Positions 1-6,202 of a DNA stretch of 19,017 nt are shown one piece after another; position 1 is the first letter of the stretch, and every line of letters starts with the position of its first letter. This DNA comes from Candidatus Rokuibacteriota bacterium (GTDB lineage Bacteria > Methylomirabilota > Methylomirabilia > Rokubacteriales > DASRDR01): the NCBI GenBank assembly GCA_044866005.1, contig JBIOTN010000082.1:1-19017 (forward strand). Direction: 5' to 3'. Under the pieces are notes generated by a model. That model searched no databases. It was not told the DNA's origin and saw only the letters and a program-made list of their open reading frames with translations. The position numbers and the translations under genes were made by a program.

Positions 1-2
1 TC

Positions 3-1058
3 TACGACTCGGGCGAGTACGCGCGGGCGCTCGACCGGGCGCTCGAGCTGGCGGGCTACCCGCGGCTCCGTGCCGAGCAGGCGGCCGCGCGCGCCCGCGG
101 CGAGATCGTGGGGATCGGGCTCTCCTGCTACGTGGAGCCGGCCGCGCTCGGCTGGGAGAGCGGGAGCGTCCGCGTCGAGCGGACGGGCTCCGTCACGGCG
201 GTGACCGGCTCGAGCCCGCACGGCCAGGGGCACGAGACCACCTTCGCCCAGGTGGTGGCGGACTTCCTCGGCGTGACCCCCGACGACGTCGCGGTCCTCC
301 ACGGCGACACCCGCTCGGCGCCGCAGGGCTTCGGCACCTTCGGGAGCCGGAGCGTCGCGCTCGGCGGGGGCGCCCTCGCCAGCGCGGCGCTCGAGGTGCG
401 GGAGAAAGGGCGGCGGGTCGCGGCCGCCTTGCTCGAGGCGGCGCCCGAGGACGTGCTCCCGGTGGCGGGCGGGTTCCAGGTCGCGGGGGTGCCGGCGCGC
501 GGGGTCACCTGGAAGCAGGTGGCGGAGGCGGCCTACCGGCAGCGGCCCGCGGCGCCCGGGCTCGTGCCGGGCCTCGACGCGACGGCCTTCTTCCAGGCCG
601 ACGGCGAGGTGTGGAGCTTCGGCACGGTGGTCGCCGCGGTCGCCGTGGCGCGCGAGACCGGCCGCATCGATCTCGAGCGCCTGGTCTGGGTCGACGACGG
701 CGGCACGATCGTGAACCCGCTCCTGGCCGAGGGGCAGCTCCACGGCGGCTTCGCCCAGGGCTACGGCCAGGCCCTCCTCGAGCAGATCGTCTACGACGAG
801 ACGGGCCAGCTCCTGACGGGCACCCTCATGGACTACGCTCTCCCCCGCGCCGACGACGTGCCGGAGCCCACGCTCGCCAAGACGGTCACCCCGTCGCCGC
901 GGAACCCGCTGGGCGCCAAGGGGATCGGCGAGGCCGGCTGTATCGGGGTGCCGCCGGCGATCGCCAACGCGGTGGTGGACGCGCTGGCGCCCTTCGGGAT
1001 CACCCACCTGGACATGCCGCTGACCCCCGAGAAGATCTGGCGCGCGCTCCGGGGCTGA
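3..1058 (+). CDS. Xanthine dehydrogenase / aerobic CO dehydrogenase large (molybdopterin-binding) subunit family, C-terminal part (5'-truncated by window edge)
   Basis: Frame open from base 3 (YDSGEYARALDRAL...GIGLSCYVE). Family motifs GQGHETTFAQ, GTFGSRS, VNPLLAEGQLHGG, GTLMDY, NPLGAKGIGEAG, DMPLTPEKIW. The active-site loop that separates CoxL forms lies outside the window. Confidence 0.93.
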   Translation, partial: YDSGEYARALDRALELAGYPRLRAEQAAARARGEIVGIGLSCYVEPAALGWESGSVRVERTGSVTAVTGSSPHGQGHETTFAQVVADFLGVTPDDVAVLHGDTRSAPQGFGTFGSRSVALGGGALASAALEVREKGRRVAAALLEAAPEDVLPVAGGFQVAGVPARGVTWKQVAEAAYRQRPAAPGLVPGLDATAFFQADGEVWSFGTVVAAVAVARETGRIDLERLVWVDDGGTIVNPLLAEGQLHGGFAQGYGQALLEQIVYDETGQLLTGTLMDYALPRADDVPEPTLAKTVTPSPRNPLGAKGIGEAGCIGVPPAIANAVVDALAPFGITHLDMPLTPEKIWRALRG

Positions 1059-1296
1059 GGTCGGCGCGCTCGAGCTCCTAACGCGGGCTACCGCGTCGTC
1101 GGCGGCCGGGGGCCGCGTGATCATCCTCATCCTCCGCGTCGTCGAGGCGATCCCTCGCCACGGGCGGGCGTCCGCGCCGCCACCGGCGCCGGGCTCGCCG
1201 GCCGCGTCGGGCTATGATGCATCGAGACCTGGCGGCTCGAGCGACAGGGCGCGATCTACGACCAGAGGGCATCGCCAGCCTGCCAAGGCGAACGGG

Positions 1297-1839
1297 ATGA
1301 GCTCTGGGGGCCCCTCCGACGACGAGTTGATGGCTCAGCTAGCCGCAGGCGACCTCGCGGCCTTCGACGCGCTCTATGAGCGCTATCGGCGGTCGGTCTT
1401 CACCGTGCTGCTCCGCCTCGCGGCGTCGGACGCGGTCGCCGAGGACGTGCTCCAGGAGACGTTCCTGCGGCTCTACCTCCATCGCGCCGCCTACCGGTCA
1501 CAGGGACACTTCCGGGCATGGCTCTACTCGATCGCCCGCAACCTCCTGACCGACTACTATCGGCGGGCGCGCCGGCCCGTCGACGAGCCCGCGACCACTG
1601 AGGCCGAGGACCCGATCGGCCCCGCGGAGTGGGCGGAAGCGGGGGATCTGGCGGCCCGGATCGGTCGCGCGGTCGACCGGTTGCCACCGCTCCAGCGCGA
1701 AGTGCTGCTCCTGAGCCGCGTCGCGGGACTGACGAGCGAGGAGGTCGCGGACGTCATCGGCTCGACCCCCGGCGCGGTCCGCGTCGCGCTCCACCGGGCG
1801 CTCAAGGCGATCCGGACGGCAATTCCGGACGCGGAGTAA
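1297..1839 (+). CDS. ECF (sigma-70 group 4) RNA polymerase sigma factor
   Basis: SDDELMAQLAAGDLAAFDALYERY, AEDVLQETFL, FRAWLYSIARN (region 2); LPPLQREVLLL...EEVADVIG...GAVRVALHRA (region 4). ATG at 1297 chosen over the ORF-track start 1117 because homology begins here. Confidence 0.93.
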   Translation: MSSGGPSDDELMAQLAAGDLAAFDALYERYRRSVFTVLLRLAASDAVAEDVLQETFLRLYLHRAAYRSQGHFRAWLYSIARNLLTDYYRRARRPVDEPATTEAEDPIGPAEWAEAGDLAARIGRAVDRLPPLQREVLLLSRVAGLTSEEVADVIGSTPGAVRVALHRALKAIRTAIPDAE

Positions 1840-1860
1840 CGCTCGCGGCGCCGCCTCGTT
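1836..1860 (+). promoter_or_regulatory. Candidate ECF-type promoter (GTAAC-N16-CGTT) upstream of the anti-sigma gene
   Basis: GTAAC at 1836-1840 (overlapping the sigma stop codon), 16-nt spacer, CGTT at 1857-1860. Matches the generic ECF AAC...CGT pattern. Confidence 0.4.
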
Positions 1861-1873
1861 CTTACTGGTAGTC

Positions 1874-2515
1874 ATGGACTGCGAGACCGTCCGGGAACAG
1901 TACGGCGCCGACCTCGTCACCGGCGTGGAGACTCCGGGCGACGTGGCTCGCCACCTCCGGCAGTGCGAGCACTGCCGAGAGGACCTTGCCGGACTGCTTC
2001 GGACGTGGGCGGCACTCGGCCAGTTGCCGCTGGCCGAGCCCTCCCCGGCCCTGGCCCGCCGCCTCCATCGCCGCATCCGCTGGCGGGCAGCGTCCGAGAC
2101 GCTCGGCTCCTGGCAGCGGTGGCAGCCGGCAGCGCTGGCCGGGGTCCTGGGCTTCGTCGCGTCGGTTCTGCTCTCGCTCCTGCTCCCGTATGACGCCATG
2201 GTGGCGCTGTGCAGGGCGGCGGCGCCGAGCTTCCTGCCCGGGCCGGTCGCTTACCTGATGGCGGGACTCGTCTACGGCGTCGTCCCGATGGCGCTGGCCG
2301 GCGGCCTCTCGGGACGCGGGCGGAGAATCTCGCCGACGCTCGATGCGCTCGACGCCTCGCTGGTGTTCCTCGTCGTGCTGGCTCCGTACCTGATCGCGCG
2401 CTGCAGCGACTTCCCCGGGGCGCTGCTGGCGGGGTTCCTGTTGGGGGTCGCGGCGGGAGGCTTCGGAGGCGCTGCAGGGGGTATCCGGTTGGCGCGGCAG
2501 CGCGCCCGGGCCTGA
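1874..2515 (+). CDS. Zinc-binding (ZAS) anti-sigma factor with multi-pass membrane C-terminus
   Basis: N-terminal MDCETVRE...HLRQCEHC (C-x-HxxxCxxC ZAS motif) directly after the ECF gene, followed by about 4 hydrophobic segments. Confidence 0.88.
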   Translation: MDCETVREQYGADLVTGVETPGDVARHLRQCEHCREDLAGLLRTWAALGQLPLAEPSPALARRLHRRIRWRAASETLGSWQRWQPAALAGVLGFVASVLLSLLLPYDAMVALCRAAAPSFLPGPVAYLMAGLVYGVVPMALAGGLSGRGRRISPTLDALDASLVFLVVLAPYLIARCSDFPGALLAGFLLGVAAGGFGGAAGGIRLARQRARA

Positions 2516-2525
2516 AGGAGTCGAC

Positions 2526-3164
2526 GTGAAGCTGGGTGACATGGGAGCCAGTGTGCTCGCCGCGACCTCGGCCTCCGTCGCGTCTCTCTGCTGCCTCCTG
2601 CCCTTGGCGGTCGTCGTGCTCGGGCTCGGGAGCGGGGCCTTCATGGCCGTCACCATGAAGTACACGTACGTCTTCCTCCCCCTCGGCGTCCTCGGCACCG
2701 CCGCCGGGTACTTTCTCTACTTTCGCCAGCGCCGGCGCTGTGACCGGCTCGGATGCGCGATGGCCGGCCGCCGCCTCAACCTCGCGCTCCTCATGGCCTC
2801 GACCCTCGTCATCGCCGCTGCCATCGCGCTGACGGCGATGCCGGAGACGACCTCGCGCCTGATCGCCTCGTGGGGCAGCGCGCGCATGGACCACGGCGCC
2901 ACCGGGCCAACATCGACCACGGGCCACGCGACCGCCGAGACGGTCGCGCAGGCGACGCTCCACGTGGACGGCATGACCTGAGGGAGCTGCCCGGAGACGG
3001 TGAAGCGGGCCCTGGCAGGGCTCCCAGGCATGGTAGAGGCGGATGTGAGCTTGGCAGAGGCTAAAGCGCGGGTGACCTACAGGCCCTCGGAGGTCACGGT
3101 CGAGCGCATGGTGGAGGCGATCGGCCGGGCGGGCTTCACGGCGCGGCCAGCTCCTGGAGCGTGA
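2526..3164 (+). CDS. merT: MerT-like mercuric transporter fused to a C-terminal HMA (MerP-like) domain; predicted selenoprotein (TGA 2979-2981 = Sec152, GMT-U-GS-C), 212 aa
   Basis: AGGAG RBS then GTG 2526. MerT features: ASLCCLLP first-TM Cys pair and the cytoplasmic C-x4-C (CDRLGC). Past the TGA the frame continues as a full HMA fold: LHVDGMT*GSCPETVKRALAGLPGMVEADVSLAEAKARVTYRPSEVTVERMVEAIGRAGF, stopping at 3162-3164, 1 nt before the next ATG. Confidence 0.88.
2982..3025 (+). promoter_or_regulatory. Candidate bacterial SECIS hairpin 1
   Basis: Immediately 3' of the TGA: GGGAGC(2982-2987)/GCTCCC(3020-3025) and TGCC(2988-2991)/GGCA(3014-3017) pair. The apical region contains GGT about 18 nt after the UGA; the upper stem is ambiguous by eye. 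Confidence 0.55.
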
Positions 3165-3165
3165 G

Positions 3166-3405
3166 ATGGCCCGACGCCAGGTGACGGTCTACTGGTCGAG
3201 CGGCTGACAGTCCTGCCACACGGCGAAAGAGTTTCTTTCGTCTCGCGGCATCCCGTTCACGGCGAAAAACGTCGCGGACGACGACGACGCCCGGCAGGAG
3301 CTGATCGCCAAGACCGGCCGCATGGCGGTGCCCGTGATCACCGTGGATGAGGAGGTGATCGTGGGGTTCGATCGCGGGAAGCTCCAGCGGCTCCTCGGGG
3401 TCTGA
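3166..3405 (+). CDS. Glutaredoxin/NrdH-redoxin-like protein; predicted selenoprotein (TGA 3205-3207 = Sec14, UxxC), 79 aa; absent from the ORF track
   Basis: Hand translation: [78 protein letters not shown]. Typical Grx/NrdH pattern (VTVY...CxxC..AKEFL...GI.F; cis-Pro VPV; IVGFD). GGAG RBS at 3156-3159. Confidence 0.9.
3214..3250 (+). promoter_or_regulatory. Candidate bacterial SECIS hairpin 2
   Basis: 9-bp stem GGCGAAAGA(3222-3230)/TCTTTCGTC(3234-3242) with one G-U pair and a GTT loop, on a lower TGCC(3214-3217)/GGCA(3247-3250) stem. Built from AT-rich codons (AAA, TTT, CTT, TCT) that are unusual in this window. Confidence 0.7.
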
Positions 3406-3408
3406 GCC

Positions 3409-3693
3409 GTGGTCACCGTTCGCTGTCCCGGCTGCGGTCGGGAAATCGCGCTCCCAGCCGGAGCGAGGTCCGGCGACCTGCTCGATTGCCCGACCTGAGC
3501 GGGGCTGGCCCTCCGGGTGAGGGAGACGGCCGGCCGCTGGACGGTGGCAATCGCCCACCGGGTGAGCTGTCCCGACTGTGATCGCGTCATCACCCTGCCC
3601 GAGGGGGCGCGCGCCGGCGACACGATCGAGTGCTGCGGCCGGCGTTACCGCCTGACATTCGACTACGGCGCGTTCGCCGCCGAGCCCCTCTGA
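3409..3693 (+). CDS. Tandem zinc-ribbon (LysW-like fold) small protein; predicted selenoprotein (TGA 3496-3498 = Sec30, CxxU), 94 aa; absent from the ORF track
   Basis: Hand translation: MVTVRCPGCGREIALPAGARSGDLLDCPT*AGLALRVRETAGRWTVAIAHRVSCPDCDRVITLPEGARAGDTIECCGRRYRLTFDYGAFAAEPL. Two internal repeats (CPxC..I.LP.GAR.GD...C); the TGA is the 4th ligand of repeat 1. Starts 3 nt after the Grx stop. Confidence 0.8.
3499..3537 (+). promoter_or_regulatory. Candidate bacterial SECIS hairpin 3
   Basis: GGCTGG(3503-3508)/CCGGCC(3530-3535) lower stem and CCCTC(3509-3513)/GAGGG(3519-3523) upper stem, loop CGGGT. GGT lies 18 nt after the UGA. Confidence 0.6.
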
Positions 3694-3826
3694 GAGCGTG
3701 CGAAGATGAGAGGGACTCGGGCGACCAGGCCCGGAATGCGTTCCTCGCCGCCAGGTCGGCACGGCCTGGACGTGGCGGCGCCGGCCGACACGGTGGAGGG
3801 CAAACCACCCGCGGCGGGAGGCGTCC

Positions 3827-4444
3827 ATGGCTGACTTCACCGACGAGATCGAGCGCTTTCTGGCGACCTTCTCGCCTGAAGAGCTCGCGGTGACCCGGCA
3901 TGCCTTCCGGGCCATCCTCGACGGCCGACCGGCGACGCTCGCCGAATTGCCCGAGGCCGCGGGGCTGTCGCCCGCCGTGGCTCACGCCGCGGCCCAGCGC
4001 CTCGCGGAGCGGGGAATCTTCGCGGTGGAGCCCGAAACCGGGGAGATCACCGGCGCGCGTGGCCTCTCCCTCGGCGAGACCTCCCACCGCCTCATCATCG
4101 GGGGACACCAGCGGTACGCCTTTTGCGCGGTGGATGCCGTCGGGATCCCGGCCGCCCTCGAAGCGAACGCCATGATCGAGTCCCGCTGCCACCACTGCCG
4201 GAGGCCACTGAGGCTGACGCTCACGGACGGCGTCGTGACCGAGGCCCCGCGGGGGACGGTGATCTGGGCCGTCGAGCGGGACCTCGACCGATCGCTCCGA
4301 ACGCATACCTGACCCCTCATCAACTTCTTCTGCTCGGTCGAGCACCTGAGAGCGTGGGAGGCCCACAGCCCGAGACCGGGACGGATGCTGACACTCGACG
4401 AGACGGCCAGGCTGGGTCACCGTCTGTGGGGCACGATGCGCTGA
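3827..4444 (+). CDS. merB: MerB-like organomercurial (alkylmercury) lyase; predicted selenoprotein (TGA 4310-4312 = Sec162), 205 aa
   Basis: GGGAGG RBS; N-terminal HTH-like region; GLSLGETSHRL; YAFCAVD (C100, D103 = MerB C96, D99); SRCHHC (C121 = C117). Read-through gives LRTHT*PLINFFCSVEHLRAWEAHSPRPGRMLTLDETARLGHRLWGTMR, matching the MerB C-terminus (C159-x4-FF-x-S...W), with the stop at 4442-4444. Confidence 0.88.
4313..4361 (+). promoter_or_regulatory. Candidate bacterial SECIS hairpin 4
   Basis: TGCTC(4331-4335)-GGTC-GAGCA(4340-4344) apical hairpin, resembling the E. coli fdhF SECIS apex (UGCA-GGUC-UGCA). Weaker lower pairing of CCCCTCAT with GTGGGAGG. Confidence 0.7.
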
Positions 4445-4571
4445 AGTGCGTCGTGCTCTTGGGCGTCTGCGGCGTTCGCTCCTACACTTCCTTTCGAGCC
4501 AGGCGGTGGAACGGTCGCGGACTACACTCCATCCAGCGCCGCCGCGGCTTCGACCTGGCCCCGGAACGTAG

Positions 4572-5300
4572 ATGGCCGAGTTCGTATCCGACACTGACCT
4601 CGACTACGGGCGGACCCGGTTTCGCTTCGAGCCGGGCAGAACCTTGACCCTGGACGACGCGTATCGGGCCAATCAGCTGCCGCTCTTGCGCGCCGACCCC
4701 GACCCGACGGCGGGCCGATACGCGCGAAGTCGCCTCTCGGCCGTGGTCTTCGTCCCGTCACGCCTGTTCGACGGAAGCGAGGTCTTTCAACAGATCTGGC
4801 GGGCCCTCCAGTCGTCCAGCCTCGCCAGCAGCATCGACTGGGCCATGTTCGAGCGCCGGAGGGAGCGGCTGCACCTGACGCTGTGTGGTCGTCTGGAAGA
4901 GGCCATGACCCGAGACGAGGCGGCTCGTCGGTTGGAGACGCTGCGATCCCTCCCGCCCTTCGCGGTCCTCGTCCGCGGGCCGTGGGTGGGCGAGGCGTTC
5001 AACCGCGGCCGGATCTACCTGCCCGTCTATCCCGAGAAGCGAGACGGCGTCAACGCCATCAGCCGGGTGCAGCGGCAGCTCGGCTGGCGCGTGACCGGCT
5101 TCTACGGCATCGGAGCGTTCAATCTGCTGCGTGACCTCGATGAGGGGGAGACCAGGGACCTGGCCCGGCTGGTCGAGGACTGCGGACCACGAACGATCGG
5201 CGAGCTGAGCGTCCAGACGGTGGCCCTGCTGGAGACGAATGACGACCTGATCCTCAGCGGGCGGGTGGTCGGTTCGATCGAGCTGGGCGGGAGCGGGTAA
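4572..5300 (+). CDS. Hypothetical protein, possibly a divergent 2H-phosphoesterase (LigT-like) fold
   Basis: 242-aa ORF with normal composition. LHLTL (HxT) followed by PPFAVLVRG, a pattern typical of 2H proteins; the second HxT is not visible. Confidence 0.55.
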   Translation: MAEFVSDTDLDYGRTRFRFEPGRTLTLDDAYRANQLPLLRADPDPTAGRYARSRLSAVVFVPSRLFDGSEVFQQIWRALQSSSLASSIDWAMFERRRERLHLTLCGRLEEAMTRDEAARRLETLRSLPPFAVLVRGPWVGEAFNRGRIYLPVYPEKRDGVNAISRVQRQLGWRVTGFYGIGAFNLLRDLDEGETRDLARLVEDCGPRTIGELSVQTVALLETNDDLILSGRVVGSIELGGSG

Positions 5301-5329
5301 CCCGCGCGGGCCCCGCCGCCGGGCCGGGC

Positions 5330-5602
5330 TCAGAGCTGGCCGGCCAGCGCGTCGGCGGCCTCCTTGCTCGTCACGACCGGGACGATCTCGAAGCCCACGA
5401 GATCGGCCCACTCGGCGACCCACCGCTGCAGGAGGGTGGCGTCGTCGCATTCCATGAGCTGGAAGCAACGGCTCAGGTCGGCCGCCACCCAGCTGGTCAC
5501 GGCCTTCAGCCCGTCCGGGGTCATCCGGCCCCGGTCCCGGAACCGGCGGTAGACGGCCTTGGCGTCCTGGTTCCGGAAGGTCTCGATCACCATGAACAGC
5601 AT
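5330..5602 (-). CDS. DUF3303-family small protein
   Basis: MLFMVIETF...VYRRFRDRGRM.PDGL...SWV...RCFQLME.DD..LLQ.W...W.DLV.FEIVPV pattern; GAGGAG RBS upstream. Confidence 0.85.
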   Translation of the reverse strand: MLFMVIETFRNQDAKAVYRRFRDRGRMTPDGLKAVTSWVAADLSRCFQLMECDDATLLQRWVAEWADLVGFEIVPVVTSKEAADALAGQL

Positions 5603-5805
5603 CGCGCGCTCCTCGGGACGTTCGTGACCCGCGCGGACGGCCCCTCCCGGGGCCGAGTCCCTCGCCCGCCGAGACCCCAGAGGCCGGGACGGCCGCGAGG
5701 GCGGTAGGCCGAGCGCGTCCCGGCGTGATGCCGGACGACGCGGTATCGGCTTTGCACGGCCCAGCGGTCAGGCCCAGCCCGGCGGTACGAGGAGGTGCCC
5801 GAGCC

Positions 5806-6201
5806 GTGAGCAAGACGATGAGGTCGCTCCCCGTCACCGAGCCCTCCCTCACGGCGCGACCGCGGGGCGGCGCGCTCCGGACGCTCATCATCCTGCTGAC
5901 CCTGTTCGCGGCGGGCGTCCATGCCTACTTCGTCTTCAAGCCCGACGAGCCGCAGTGGGTGCGGGTCTCCTTCACCGGCGTGGCCCTCGGCTACGTGATC
6001 CTCCTGGCCGCCGTCTATCTGCCCGGCGCCGCCCTGGCATGGCTGCGCGGGGTGGGGCGGTTCTTTCTCATGGGGCTCGCCGCGACGGTTATCATGGGCT
6101 ACGTCGTCGTCGGCGCCTTCGACATGCTCGGAAACGTCACGACGGCAGCCGAAGGCCTCCTGATCGTCTTGCTCGTGGTCGAGGCGTTCTCCCGCCGCTA
6201 A
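5806..6201 (+). CDS. Small 4-TM hypothetical membrane protein
   Basis: AGGAGG at 5790-5795 before an in-frame GTG at 5806; four hydrophobic segments (AAGVHAYF ... TTAAEGLLIVLL). Confidence 0.7.
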   Translation: MSKTMRSLPVTEPSLTARPRGGALRTLIILLTLFAAGVHAYFVFKPDEPQWVRVSFTGVALGYVILLAAVYLPGAALAWLRGVGRFFLMGLAATVIMGYVVVGAFDMLGNVTTAAEGLLIVLLVVEAFSRR

Positions 6202-6202
6202 C

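Noticed and set aside
3..1058. Assigning coxL (true CO dehydrogenase) or linking it to the selenium cassette
   Set aside because: The diagnostic active-site motif is outside the window and nothing in the sequence ties it to the cassette.
1117..1296. 60-aa N-terminal extension on the ECF sigma
   Set aside because: Low-complexity, no sigma homology, and it contains a TATGAT (1213-1218) more consistent with a promoter region.
2513..2515. Read-through of other terminal TGAs (2515, 3164, 3405, 3693, 4444)
   Set aside because: They fall at the natural ends of their domains, not at Cys positions, and several are followed directly by the next RBS or start.
3409..3693. Calling the zinc-ribbon gene lysW
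   Set aside because: It lacks the C-terminal EDWGE carrier motif, is duplicated, and has no lysine biosynthesis genes nearby.
2979..4312. The four in-frame TGAs as pseudogenising nonsense mutations or sequencing errors
   Set aside because: Four independent hits, each exactly on a functional Cys codon, each followed by a hairpin, with no frameshifts or other stops, is very unlikely for decay.
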